This document shows positions 45,534 to 55,714 of a DNA stretch of 64,000 nucleotides, in pieces. The notes beneath the pieces are model-generated. The model saw nothing but the letters and a program-made list of their open reading frames with translations, was not told the DNA's origin and did not search any database. This stretch comes from Phormidesmis sp. (lineage in GTDB: Bacteria; Cyanobacteriota; Cyanobacteriia; Leptolyngbyales; Leptolyngbyaceae), in contig CBDFJR010000005.1 in assembly GCA_965248535.1 (NCBI GenBank), positions 1,248,001 to 1,312,000 of the forward strand, in the 5' to 3' direction. A program made the translations under genes and the position numbers. Each line of letters begins with the position of its first letter. The first letter of the stretch is position 1.

Positions 45534-45821
45534 GATTAGACTCAGAAACTATTTCGTTAGGAATAGATTGAGTAATCCCTGAGGGGAGGGTGAGAGCGAC
45601 ACAAACTGTTAGCGGAGCGAGCGTAAAGACCCGATCGCTCAAGTTTGGGACATGAGCGATCGGCACTTGAGTTTAGCGCCCAAACCCCTAGAGCCAAGCA
45701 CCGAGAGTATTTCAGTGATTCGTATTTGAAAACTGCAAGCAAGGAATGCTCTCCAAGAAAAGAGTTCCACAACCCCATATCGCAGAGAGAAGAATCGCCG
45801 ATCCGTTAGAAGTAGGAATTG

Positions 45822-46445
45822 TTAAAGCGTGCCATAGCCTCGCCAAACGCCCACCAAAACGCCCTGCACATCTACTTGGGCCGCCGCAACTTCGGTGACA
45901 GGGTAGAGGTCTCGATTGGAGTTTCCGGGTTGCAAGATCACCTTGCTGCCTTTTCTTTGAAAATATTTCAGCGTCGTTTTTCCTTCGACTCGTGCGGCAA
46001 CGATCGCGTTGTTTTTCAAAATCTTGGGGTCGGGCACTGGCTGCATGATCACGACATCGCCGTCATCGATCAGCGCATCGATCATGCTGTGCCCCCGTAC
46101 TTTTAAGGCAAAATGCTGGGGCTTGAGCAGCAGGCTAGAGAGATCGAGGTGCTCAACTTCAGTGTCAGAAAAGTTTTCTACGAGGCTGGTTGCGGCGATC
46201 GCGCCTAAAATTGGCACTCCTTTGGGTTCGGGGTGCAGCAGTCGAATGGTGCGGGCCTGCCCTTCTGTCCAGATGATATAGCCTTTATTTCGCAGGTGTT
46301 CTAAGCGGCTCTGCACGGGGGCGGGAGACTTAAGATTCATCGCGGCCATCATCTGCCGAATCGAGGGAGAATGCTGATGTTGATGAATATAGTCGGCTAA
46401 CCAGTCATAGAGTTGTCGCTGCGGGTCGGTGAGAGATTCCAGCAT
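45822..46445 (-). CDS. lexA: Transcriptional repressor LexA
   Basis: SPSIRQMM...KSPAPVQSRLEHL wHTH; VRGHSM (Ser) and TTLK (Lys). Confidence 0.96.
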   Translation of the reverse strand: MLESLTDPQRQLYDWLADYIHQHQHSPSIRQMMAAMNLKSPAPVQSRLEHLRNKGYIIWTEGQARTIRLLHPEPKGVPILGAIAATSLVENFSDTEVEHLDLSSLLLKPQHFALKVRGHSMIDALIDDGDVVIMQPVPDPKILKNNAIVAARVEGKTTLKYFQRKGSKVILQPGNSNRDLYPVTEVAAAQVDVQGVLVGVWRGYGTL

Positions 46446-46471
46446 AAGTAGTACAAATGAGAAAAGATTTT

Positions 46472-46543
46472 AGAACATTTGTATCACGTATTAGTACAAT
46501 CGTCTAGGGGTTTAAACAAAAGATTTTTTAGAACAGTTGTATC
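46472..46543 (-). promoter_or_regulatory. Two near-consensus LexA boxes upstream of lexA
   Basis: AGAACATTTGTATC (46472-46485) and AGAACAGTTGTATC (46530-46543), each one mismatch from RGTAC-N3-DGTWCB on the minus strand. Confidence 0.7.
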
Positions 46544-46654
46544 GTTCACTTTAACGGTTAGGTAGCAATCTAAATCAAGATTGCGATCGTTCTTAATGCA
46601 GTTCGTTTGCGATAATGGGTGGGTTGATAAACCGCTGTTTTGATTCGGTGACTT

Positions 46655-47575
46655 ATGACTGCTGCTGCAACCACCCCTCGTCTCGCCTCTCGCGTTGTAA
46701 ATCGCATTCTGGCGATCAAGCCTTTGTTTAATCTGGCAAAATATCAGGCGCGTCAGATGATGATTAAGCGGGCAGCGTCGATCGGGGTGCAGTGGGTTCA
46801 AGAAGCTGAGAGGCTACGATCGCGCGATTGGACAGCCGGATTTAATCAAGTCAACAATCCCAATTTGGTCTATCCCGATTATTATTTGCGTCCCTTTCAC
46901 GCCTACAACGAGGGCAACTTGGGCTGGCAGCCTGCTAGCGAAGTTGAAGTGGCTGCTTACTCAGTTCATGCCAGAATCTGGAAAGATGCCGGAGCCGAAG
47001 GCGATGCCCGACTGCGCCAGAGCTATCACGATCATTTAAAAGGTCAACTGCCCAGCCTACCTAACGACATTGTGGACTTAGGCTGTAGCGTTGGCATGAG
47101 CACCTTTGCGCTCCAAAAGACGTTTCCTAATGCCAAGATGACGGGAGTCGATTTATCGCCTTATTTTCTGGCGGTGGCCGACTATCAAACTCAACGTTTA
47201 CACTCACAGAATCCGCCGACTTGGGTTCATGCTGCTGCCGAATCAACAGGTTTACCCTCCGCCGCGTTTGACTTAGTGTCTGCTTGTTTGATGTTTCATG
47301 AACTGCCTCGAACGGCGGCGATCGCGATCTTGCAAGAAGCCAAACGACTGCTGCGACCCGGCGGGCACTTAGCGATTATGGATATGAATCCTAAGTCAGA
47401 AATCTATGCCAAGATGCCGCCCTATATTCTGACGCTGCTCAAAAGCACTGAGCCGTATATAGATGATTACTTCTCGTTTGATCTTGAGGGCGCGATCGCC
47501 CAGTCAGGCTTTACTCACCCTACCGTGACCTGCAACACGCCACGCCACCGCACGATCGTGGCTCAGGTTAAATAG
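46655..47575 (+). CDS. Class I SAM-dependent methyltransferase
   Basis: YPDYYLRPFHAY, VDLGCSVG, FDLVSACLMFHE; same family as 22387..23253. Confidence 0.92.
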   Translation: MTAAATTPRLASRVVNRILAIKPLFNLAKYQARQMMIKRAASIGVQWVQEAERLRSRDWTAGFNQVNNPNLVYPDYYLRPFHAYNEGNLGWQPASEVEVAAYSVHARIWKDAGAEGDARLRQSYHDHLKGQLPSLPNDIVDLGCSVGMSTFALQKTFPNAKMTGVDLSPYFLAVADYQTQRLHSQNPPTWVHAAAESTGLPSAAFDLVSACLMFHELPRTAAIAILQEAKRLLRPGGHLAIMDMNPKSEIYAKMPPYILTLLKSTEPYIDDYFSFDLEGAIAQSGFTHPTVTCNTPRHRTIVAQVK

Positions 47576-47724
47576 CCGATCGCCCAATCTATTTCGCATT
47601 AACAGGGGTCTCGATCGCGCCCAAACTCAGAGTCTTAATCTAATCTTCCAAGCTAGATTCAGGGGATCAAGCTATTTTGGGGGTAATCATAGCCCCAGCG
47701 AATATAGAGTTGGCAGAGAATCTT

Positions 47725-49236
47725 ATGGCACAAAGTTTTGGCGTAATTGGTCTTGCGGTGATGGGCGAAAACCTAGCGCTGAACGTTGAGCGGAATGGTT
47801 TCCCCGTTTCTGTCTATAACCGCTCCCGTGAAAAGACTGACGCATTTATGGAGCAACGAGCACAAGGCAAAAATGTCGTTGCAACCTATACGATCGAAGA
47901 GTTTGTCGCGTCTTTAGAACGTCCGCGTAAAATTTTGATCATGGTCAAAGCGGGTGCCCCAGTGGATGCCGTGATCGACCAACTCACCCCCCTCCTTGAT
48001 GAAGGCGACATCATGATCGATGGTGGCAACTCGCTGTTTAGCGACACCGCCCGCCGCGCTCACGCCCTTGAAGCCGCAAAGTTCACATTCATTGGCATGG
48101 GGGTGAGTGGCGGCGAAGAAGGCGCGCTCAACGGCCCCAGCTTGATGCCCGGAGGCACTAAACAGGCTTATGACTATCTAGAGCCGATTTTGACTAAAAT
48201 CGCGGCTCAGGTCGACGATGGCGCTTGTGTGACCTATATCGGCCCAGGTGGGGCAGGTCATTATGTCAAGATGGTGCACAACGGCATTGAATATGGCGAT
48301 ATGCAGTTGATTGCCGAAGCCTATGATCTGCTTAAAAGCGTCATTGGATTGAACCACGAAGAGTTACACGAGGTCTTTACCCAGTGGAACACGACGGACG
48401 AACTCAATTCTTATCTGATTGAGATCACGGCTGATATCTTTAAGCGGATTGATCCTGACACGGGGCTGCCGATCGTCGAGCTAATCTTAGATGCCGCCGG
48501 GCAAAAAGGCACCGGACGCTGGACGGTGGTTGACTCGCTCGAACAGGGCGTTGCGATTCCGACGATCATTGCTGCGATCACGGCTCGCATTATGTCTTCT
48601 TATAAGACCGAGCGAACGGAAGCGTCTCATGTGTTAACGGGGCCGAGCGCTCAGTTTAGCGGCGACAAGAAAGCCTTTATTGACATGGTGCGCGATGCTC
48701 TCTATTGCTCCAAAATGTGCTCTTATGCTCAGGGCATGGCGCTGTTGAGCGCGGCTTCTAAGACCTATAGCTATGACCTAAACTTGAGTGAGTGTTCTCG
48801 CATCTGGAAGGGTGGCTGCATCATTCGGGCTAGGTTTTTAGACAAAATCAAGAAGGCCTTCAACGAAAACCCCAATCTGCCCAACCTGCTGTTAGCACCT
48901 GAGTTTAAGCAGACGATTCTCGACAAACAAGAAGCTTGGCGAGAGGTGATCGCCCAAGCCGCTAAGATGGGCATTGCTGTTCCGGCGTTTAGTGCCTCAC
49001 TGGATTATTTTGACAGCTATCGGCGCGATCGCTTGCCTCAAAATCTCACCCAGGCCCAGCGCGACTATTTCGGTGCTCACACCTATCTGCGAACCGACAA
49101 AGAAGGCGTTTTTCACACTGACTGGAGTGATATCTCGTCAGCCAATGTGTCTACTCCTCGCAAGTTGACGGCAGATGAGCCAGCCGCTAAGGTCGAAGAT
49201 GTGCAAATCAAAGAAGTGAAGTCTAAAGCGAGTTGA
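47725..49236 (+). CDS. gnd: 6-phosphogluconate dehydrogenase (decarboxylating)
   Basis: [29 protein letters not shown]. Confidence 0.98.
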   Translation: MAQSFGVIGLAVMGENLALNVERNGFPVSVYNRSREKTDAFMEQRAQGKNVVATYTIEEFVASLERPRKILIMVKAGAPVDAVIDQLTPLLDEGDIMIDGGNSLFSDTARRAHALEAAKFTFIGMGVSGGEEGALNGPSLMPGGTKQAYDYLEPILTKIAAQVDDGACVTYIGPGGAGHYVKMVHNGIEYGDMQLIAEAYDLLKSVIGLNHEELHEVFTQWNTTDELNSYLIEITADIFKRIDPDTGLPIVELILDAAGQKGTGRWTVVDSLEQGVAIPTIIAAITARIMSSYKTERTEASHVLTGPSAQFSGDKKAFIDMVRDALYCSKMCSYAQGMALLSAASKTYSYDLNLSECSRIWKGGCIIRARFLDKIKKAFNENPNLPNLLLAPEFKQTILDKQEAWREVIAQAAKMGIAVPAFSASLDYFDSYRRDRLPQNLTQAQRDYFGAHTYLRTDKEGVFHTDWSDISSANVSTPRKLTADEPAAKVEDVQIKEVKSKAS

Positions 49237-49263
49237 GCTTTGGGCTTAACAACTTCATAGCCA

Positions 49264-49437
49264 AACGTGAATTCGACGAGTTTTTTCGCTTCGTTCTCAG
49301 CAACTTCTGTCCCCCAAGTCCCCCACGAGTGAGGGACTTTGAGCCAAGACTTCTACGTCAAAGTTCCCCAAAATGGGGGATTCAGGGGGCTTTCGAGATT
49401 CATAATCGGAGCGAGCTACCTCTGTCGAACTGAGGTT
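49264..49437. mobile_element. MITE-like element sharing the C/G-run core but with different ends
   Basis: Imperfect TIRs AACGTGAATTCGAC / GTCGAACTGAGGTT (11/14); core GGGACTTTGA...GGGGGATTCAGGGGGC. Confidence 0.6.
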
Positions 49438-49460
49438 AACCAAACATTTCTCACAAGACT

Positions 49461-49487
49461 AGGGCGCTGTAAATCGCGCCCTTTTTT
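49461..49487 (+). terminator. Intrinsic terminator downstream of gnd
   Basis: agggcgc...gcgccct followed by T-run. Confidence 0.7.
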
Positions 49488-49539
49488 GTCGCTTTTTGGC
49501 TAAATTTGCCCTCATCTTCAGCAATGCCGCTTTTTGTTG

Positions 49540-50310
49540 CTACACAGAATGGTGACTTCGAGTTTTGAGGGCAGAGCGCTGAAGCGCGATCGGGGTGGCG
49601 ATCGCCTGCCCCTGACCTTCAGGAAGGCTACGAACTTGATCGAGCGCCTGTAAACCTTCAAGAACGGCATCTCGGACGATCGTGTCTTCTTCTCGACTCA
49701 GCATCACGCGCAGATAATCTGTCAACTGGCGTTTTTGAACGCGATCGCGCTGTTGCTCAATCATCTCAGTCATTCGCCGCACCGCAATCAGTCGCTTGAG
49801 CGGATCGCCATCGGTCAGGTCAGCTAAAACCTGGTCAAAGCGATGAGCAGGGCGATTTTCTGAGCGGTTGGCAGCTTGCCAGATCAAAAGCCCCAAGGCG
49901 GCGATCGTGGCCGCCTGCTGTAAAATCATTCCGGTTGCAATCCAAGGGCTGCCGACTTCAGCCCACAGAGCGGCCGCTAGATAAATGCCAAACGTGGCCG
50001 CGCTGCCACTGGCAACGGCTAACAAAAAGGGCTGATTCCAGCCTTGCAAACCTTTGTGTAGGTCTGACCAAGGCGCTTTCCAGTGGCCGTCTTGCATCAG
50101 GTAAACCAGCATCATCACCGCCACTCCAGCCCCCGTTGCCAGCACGAGACGACCATTCCAAAACAGCAGCCCGATCGTGCCTCCGGTCACTAACAGCCAT
50201 CCGCCAGGGACTGACCACCGACGCAAATTGAAGGGACGATCGCGATCGACAAGGGGCGAGTTTTGCACGAGATTGACCAGATTTCGCCACTGAGATGAAG
50301 TCTGTGCCAC
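49540..50310 (-). CDS. Membrane protein with C-terminal HEAT-like helices
   Basis: Several hydrophobic segments; LTDGDPLKRLIAVRR...IVRDAVLEGL. Confidence 0.75.
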   Translation of the reverse strand: MAQTSSQWRNLVNLVQNSPLVDRDRPFNLRRWSVPGGWLLVTGGTIGLLFWNGRLVLATGAGVAVMMLVYLMQDGHWKAPWSDLHKGLQGWNQPFLLAVASGSAATFGIYLAAALWAEVGSPWIATGMILQQAATIAALGLLIWQAANRSENRPAHRFDQVLADLTDGDPLKRLIAVRRMTEMIEQQRDRVQKRQLTDYLRVMLSREEDTIVRDAVLEGLQALDQVRSLPEGQGQAIATPIALQRSALKTRSHHSV

Positions 50311-50385
50311 GGTTCTAACCTGTTGACTTAAAAGGCTCCGCTAACACAATAGCTGGTTAACTCGTGAAAGAATTAGCAATTTTAA

Positions 50386-51663
50386 TTAAGTTGGGTCATA
50401 AATCGAACCCATAAACAAAATTTCACCCGTTTTGTTATCTCGAATCGCACAGAAAAAGGGACGATCGACAATCATCACAAACGGCGCGACTTCCTGCTGA
50501 ATAGACGTAGCGCGAATGCCCACCGAGGTCACGGCGGCGGCTTCGGTGCCTTCTTCATTCACATCGATAAAGGTTTTGTGTTTGACTGCATCAATGCGCG
50601 TCGAAGTCGTGCTCAGGTCAGAAAAATCTGCCTTTGATGGGTCGAAAGCCACGCCCATTCCCAAGCCTGAAAGGGAATTTTTAAGGTCAATTTCATAATC
50701 CATCTTGAAGCGGGGCAGTTGAATCGAGCCTTCGCGCTTGCTGAAGGTTTTCATCCAGGTTTGCCAATTTTCGGCCGTCAGCGTCTTTTGAAACTCTGCA
50801 AGACTGGAGGTTGACTTGGGCAAGAAGACATACAGACTGGTGCGCCCCTTACCGTAAGGGAGGCTGACCGCTTGAAACTGCGGAGTTTCGGCATAGCGAT
50901 AGTCGCCTTTTTGAGCCATCATCGGGTGCTGTTTTTGACGACCGTTTGCCAGAGTAAAGGTTTGATCGGTGGTTTGGCTCTTGTCAAATTCAGTCATCCA
51001 CTTGCCTTTGAAATAGATGGCGTTGATCAAAACCATGACTTGACTGGCATCCAGACGATCGACGATTTCGCGAATTTTGCCCTGAGTATTTTTCTTTACC
51101 CAGTCGTTGATCTGCCCCGGTGCTGTGGGGTCGGCAAAATCGAGAGACGTGACCTCGGCCGCATAAAATTTTTGATTGCGCTGGATAAATTCGGGCTTAA
51201 AGTCTACGCCCTTTCTAGCCCAAAGCGAGTTAGCGATCGTCAACTTCACGTTTGGGTCATTGCTTTCGAGCAGAGTTTTGAGCGTGGCATTAGCCTGATT
51301 GATCTCTAAAAGGCTCATGCCCTGCATTTCTAAAGCTCTAGCCATCGCTTGCTGAGTGTCGCCCCCCGCCCCGTTGTAGGTCATGGAGAGCGCGATCGCG
51401 ACGCTCATAGGCGACACAAACACGTTCTTTTTGCCATCTTGCTTGAGAATTTCGGAAAACAGCTTGAAGCTAAAGCGCGTGTTGGCCTCGATCAGTTTGG
51501 GATTGACCACTAGTTTAGAGTGAGCCGCGATCGGGCTTGAGGATGAGTTAATCGGTCTGGGAGTGCGGTTTGAGCCTGCCGCCGTTGAGCAACTGACCGA
51601 GGTGAGGGTGACGATCGCGGCCAAAACAGCGACTCCGATTCGGGTCATTAAAAGGTTGCTCAT
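50386..51663 (-). CDS. Serpin, probable lipoprotein
   Basis: NVFVSPMS, NAIYFKGKW, EEGTEAAA hinge, VDRPFF; signal ending LTSVSC. Confidence 0.95.
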   Translation of the reverse strand: MSNLLMTRIGVAVLAAIVTLTSVSCSTAAGSNRTPRPINSSSSPIAAHSKLVVNPKLIEANTRFSFKLFSEILKQDGKKNVFVSPMSVAIALSMTYNGAGGDTQQAMARALEMQGMSLLEINQANATLKTLLESNDPNVKLTIANSLWARKGVDFKPEFIQRNQKFYAAEVTSLDFADPTAPGQINDWVKKNTQGKIREIVDRLDASQVMVLINAIYFKGKWMTEFDKSQTTDQTFTLANGRQKQHPMMAQKGDYRYAETPQFQAVSLPYGKGRTSLYVFLPKSTSSLAEFQKTLTAENWQTWMKTFSKREGSIQLPRFKMDYEIDLKNSLSGLGMGVAFDPSKADFSDLSTTSTRIDAVKHKTFIDVNEEGTEAAAVTSVGIRATSIQQEVAPFVMIVDRPFFCAIRDNKTGEILFMGSIYDPT

Positions 51664-51735
51664 CGGGATTTTGTGGTTACAAGTTGTCTCTACCTTTCGC
51701 TACGGTAGTGGATGAATGATTTCCGGGCAGGCTGG

Positions 51736-53421
51736 TTACAATTTTGGCGACGCGGGCACCGTCCACCAAGCCAACGCATAGGGCTGAGTCGGCTGATTGA
51801 CGCGCTGACGAAACACAACCCGAATTTTATAGCGTCCGGTAACCGGAATCGGCTGAAAAATGTGTTCAACGCTGTCTAAGTTGCTGATCGACGAGGCAAC
51901 ACTCTGACGAATGTCTTGATCTTCGGCGTGCATCAGGTAAAGGTCGAGATTATTTAGCCCCCGATCGCTAAATCCTTCTCCTAAGTCAAACTGACGGTTT
52001 TGATTGCGATCGTTCAACTCCACCAGTCGATCCCACGCCAGGGTTAGCGCGACATAGCTGCCCTGCTGCAACGGGTTTGCCAACACATAATCCTGAAATG
52101 AGGCTTTTCCTAAATCGAGGGTTTCATAATTCCACCCGATCGCGGGCACGGGGTTTTCGGGCTTCCACTCGCCAGGGCTAAACTGCTGATAAGCCCGAAA
52201 CGCATTTAACTGACCTGCCCCCATTTGAATGTTGAGCGGCACTTGCGGATTTTTGTAAGCATCTGACTCTAGCCAGGTTTGATTATTTTTTTCTAATATC
52301 GTGCGCGTCATGCCCAAAAATTGACCGTTGCCGCTGTCTTTAATTTTGTCGGCGGAATTGATCATTACGGCTTTCATCACCTCGTGGTGGCGGGCATCTA
52401 ACCCCCACGGCAGTTTGCAGCCTGCGCCGCGTTTGCAGCTAGCCCGCAGTTGACGATCGCCAAACTCTTGCAACAGAGCGACTGTTGCAGTGACGTGAGG
52501 GGCAGCAAAACTGGTGCCGATCGAGGTCGTTAACTTGCCTTCTAAATTGGCGACCGAGACTTTATTGCCGGGTGCCACGAGGGAGATGCCGCGCCGTCCT
52601 CCGAGATTTGTTTCAACGCCATCGTTGCGTTTGAGAATGCGAGGAGACACGTCACCGATATTAGAAAAATCAACTTTGGCATAAACGCCCTTTAATCGTG
52701 TGGTGAATGCAATATTCATGCCGTTGTAATTGTCAGTCGGAATGGGAATGCCGCCTTTACCCTGATTGCCTGCCACTACATAGACGACATCATGCACCCG
52801 CGCCGACCAGTCGATACACAGCGTCAGCAGCGCGTTGCCGTCTAGTTTGGCTCCCGATCGTGGGTCTTGCTGAAGGGCTTCACCAAAGCTGAAGTTAATC
52901 GCTCGCACATCGCCGCCATTTTGCATTGCCAAATATTCAGCAGCCAGACACTCTTCGGGCTGCCCACCCTGATGAGGAATGGCCGCCGCCGAAGCATAGA
53001 GTCGGGCATTGGGGGCAACGCCTTTAATTGCTTTGCTGTTGCCGATGAGAATGCTGGCCACTTGAGCCGCGTGAGTATCCAGATGGGTGTTGCCCTTGGC
53101 AGGTTGATCGCGAAAAAATGCGCGCCCGATCGTCACCACTTGATTCCGGTTTGCCACCTTATCTAAACCGCTTTGGGGAGGTCGCCCGATCTCGACTTGC
53201 CCGATCGCGATCTTGCGTCCCGTCAAGTTATAGGGTGGCCTTTGTAGTTTTAGAGCATCAATGCCATCTTGGGCGATCGAAGACTCTTCTAGAGATGCGC
53301 CTTTTACGCCTCCGGCTAGGGTTGCCCAAGCCAAAACTCCACAGACCAACCACCGTTTATGAATCCGCCGCACTGCAATCTGCTCCCGATTGGCCACGTT
53401 TATCTTCGCTTGACCCTTCAA
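51736..53421 (-). CDS. Secreted S8 (subtilisin-like) peptidase
   Basis: THAAQVA (His), VAGN, GTSFAAPHV (Ser); N-terminal hydrophobic signal. Confidence 0.9.
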   Translation of the reverse strand: MKGQAKINVANREQIAVRRIHKRWLVCGVLAWATLAGGVKGASLEESSIAQDGIDALKLQRPPYNLTGRKIAIGQVEIGRPPQSGLDKVANRNQVVTIGRAFFRDQPAKGNTHLDTHAAQVASILIGNSKAIKGVAPNARLYASAAAIPHQGGQPEECLAAEYLAMQNGGDVRAINFSFGEALQQDPRSGAKLDGNALLTLCIDWSARVHDVVYVVAGNQGKGGIPIPTDNYNGMNIAFTTRLKGVYAKVDFSNIGDVSPRILKRNDGVETNLGGRRGISLVAPGNKVSVANLEGKLTTSIGTSFAAPHVTATVALLQEFGDRQLRASCKRGAGCKLPWGLDARHHEVMKAVMINSADKIKDSGNGQFLGMTRTILEKNNQTWLESDAYKNPQVPLNIQMGAGQLNAFRAYQQFSPGEWKPENPVPAIGWNYETLDLGKASFQDYVLANPLQQGSYVALTLAWDRLVELNDRNQNRQFDLGEGFSDRGLNNLDLYLMHAEDQDIRQSVASSISNLDSVEHIFQPIPVTGRYKIRVVFRQRVNQPTQPYALAWWTVPASPKL

Positions 53422-53538
53422 AAAGCTCAGAATTTATCATCAAAGCTTTACAAAGTTTCCTTGAGGAGATGAGAGAAAATATTCACAATTTGTTAAACTG
53501 GACACAAATTTAAGCATTCTCAACGAGTAGAAGCCACT

Positions 53539-54243
53539 ATGACAACGCCATCCCAGAAGTCGATCGTCATTGCTCCATCAATTTTGTCTGCTGACTTTAG
53601 CCGCCTCGGAGACGAAATTCGGGCTGTCGATGCAGCCGGGGCTGACTGGATTCACATTGACGTGATGGATGGTCGCTTTGTCCCTAATATTACGATCGGG
53701 CCTTTGATTGTCGAAGCAATTCGCCCCGTCACCACCAAGCCTCTAGATGTCCACCTGATGATCGTGGAGCCAGAGAAATATGTTGAAGATTTTGCCAAAG
53801 CGGGCGCTGATCACATCTACGTTCACGCTGAATATAGTGCGTCTGCTCATGTGCACCGCACCTTGGGGCAGATCAAAGAGTTGGGCAAAAAAGCGGGCGT
53901 GGTGTTGAATCCTGGTAGCCCTTTAGAGTTAATTGAGTATGCGCTCGACCTGTGCGACTTGGTGCTAATCATGAGCGTCAACCCTGGTTTTGGCGGTCAG
54001 AGTTTCATTCCTGGCGTGTTGCCAAAAATTCGCAAGCTGCGCCAGATGTGCGATGAGCGCGGTCTTGACCCCTGGATCGAGGTGGATGGTGGCTTAAAGG
54101 CAAACAACACCTGGCAGGTGATCGAGGCGGGTGCGAATGCGATCGTGGCTGGGTCTGCGGTTTTTAATGCTCCCGACTATGCGAAAGCGATCGCAGATAT
54201 CCGCAACAGCAAGCGCCCATCTCCTGAGCTTGCAGCCGTCTAA
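53539..54243 (+). CDS. rpe: Ribulose-phosphate 3-epimerase
   Basis: [32 protein letters not shown]. Confidence 0.98.
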   Translation: MTTPSQKSIVIAPSILSADFSRLGDEIRAVDAAGADWIHIDVMDGRFVPNITIGPLIVEAIRPVTTKPLDVHLMIVEPEKYVEDFAKAGADHIYVHAEYSASAHVHRTLGQIKELGKKAGVVLNPGSPLELIEYALDLCDLVLIMSVNPGFGGQSFIPGVLPKIRKLRQMCDERGLDPWIEVDGGLKANNTWQVIEAGANAIVAGSAVFNAPDYAKAIADIRNSKRPSPELAAV

Positions 54244-54262
54244 TTTCTAGTCACTCAAAGAG

Positions 54263-54302
54263 AAAGGGGAGACGATCGGGCTACGATCGTCTCCCCTTTT
54301 TT
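54263..54302. terminator. Bidirectional intrinsic terminator
   Basis: aaaggggagacgatcg...cgatcgtctccccttt perfect stem. Confidence 0.85.
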
Positions 54303-54332
54303 GATCAATACACCAAAGCGGTAGGTAAAAAA

Positions 54333-54689
54333 CTAGTCTTCGATCACTTCGCGGATGCGGCGCTCTAAACGATCGAGATCCAGTCCACCCTCATCACGAG
54401 AAAACCGCCGAACCGATTTATTCACCTGCTGCAAATCATTAAACAAGTCGCGCAAAATCTCCTGCTGCTGCCGTGATTGAGTCACCTCACGCGGCTCTTG
54501 AACCAGATCGCGCACGATCGAGTCTTCTGCCCGTGACGCAATAATCGGATCGGGCTGCCCCTCTAACTGCACAAACGTGCGACGACCTGGGCCGCGATCT
54601 TCCTCGATCGGCACAACAGCCGTCACCTGGTCAGAGCGCACATACTTCCCAAACCCCAGATGCACCAACACTGACGATTGAATTCTCAT
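54333..54689 (-). CDS. Conserved hypothetical protein, N-terminus resembling RemA/DUF370
   Basis: LVHLGFGKYVRSDQVTAVVP. Confidence 0.65.
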   Translation of the reverse strand: MRIQSSVLVHLGFGKYVRSDQVTAVVPIEEDRGPGRRTFVQLEGQPDPIIASRAEDSIVRDLVQEPREVTQSRQQQEILRDLFNDLQQVNKSVRRFSRDEGGLDLDRLERRIREVIED

Positions 54690-54802
54690 TGGCTCTTCCT
54701 TGACTCTTATATCCCCATTATCGCGGGTTTAATAGTAGCTGTGAGCCAGTTCCTGAGCGGTTTTCACGACATTTTTAGGACGGATTTCTTTTGCCCCTTT
54801 GG

Positions 54803-55714
54803 CTACCCGGCCGATCGTCGAGCAGGTGTTTTCAACAGCTTATTTACCATTGCTGGAATGTCAGATGGGCGATCGGCCACCGGAATCTTAGCGCGCCTAA
54901 ACGCATCAACCTTGCTCGTTGCAGTGCCGACATCTGAACCAAAATCAGCAATCTGTGAATCGATAATCGCGCCTGCGTGACCCATGCGTCTGCCTTTGGG
55001 AGCGCTGCGCCCAGCAATGTAGGCAATCACAGGCTTATCGATCGCCTCAGCAATATAGTGGGCGGCCGCCTCTTCACTGTCTCCCCCAATCTCACCCACC
55101 AGCACAATCACCTCCGTGCGATCGTCCTCATCTAGAATTTGTAGCCACTGCGGAAACGAAGACCCCACGATCGTGTCGCCGCCAATACTGACCCCGATCG
55201 ATTGACCCAGACCCGCTTGAGTCAACGTCCACGCCACCTCATAGGTTAGGGTGCCACTGCGACTAATCAGCCCCACCGAGCCAGGCATATAGAGATCAGG
55301 TGGGTGAATGCCCATCAAAATCTGACTCGGCACAATAATTCCAGGACTGTTTGGCCCGACAATCAACGTCTCGGTCGCCTCAGCCTTGCGAATCAGATGC
55401 ACCATGTCGAGGGGAGGAATGCCCTGACTGACCAAAATCACCTGCCGAATGCCTGCGGCGATCGCTTCTAGCGCAGCGTCTAGAGCCGCGTAGGGCGGAG
55501 TGCAGATCACGGCTGCATCAACCGGGCCCACGACGGGGATCGCCTGCTCTAACATATCAAAAACGGCGATGCCCTTGAGAGCTTGCCCCCCAAAACCAGG
55601 GCTGATGCCAGCCACGACGTGCGTTCCATAGGTTTTCATCAACGGCGCACAGGTTTTCCCCAAAGGCTCCATGATGCCTTGCACGATGACTTTGCTAGCT
55701 GGGGTAAAAATCAT
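54803..55714 (-). CDS. sucD: Succinyl-CoA synthetase alpha subunit
   Basis: GPNSPG, SRSGTLTYE, GEIGG, RMGHAGA. Confidence 0.93.
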   Translation of the reverse strand: MIFTPASKVIVQGIMEPLGKTCAPLMKTYGTHVVAGISPGFGGQALKGIAVFDMLEQAIPVVGPVDAAVICTPPYAALDAALEAIAAGIRQVILVSQGIPPLDMVHLIRKAEATETLIVGPNSPGIIVPSQILMGIHPPDLYMPGSVGLISRSGTLTYEVAWTLTQAGLGQSIGVSIGGDTIVGSSFPQWLQILDEDDRTEVIVLVGEIGGDSEEAAAHYIAEAIDKPVIAYIAGRSAPKGRRMGHAGAIIDSQIADFGSDVGTATSKVDAFRRAKIPVADRPSDIPAMVNKLLKTPARRSAG

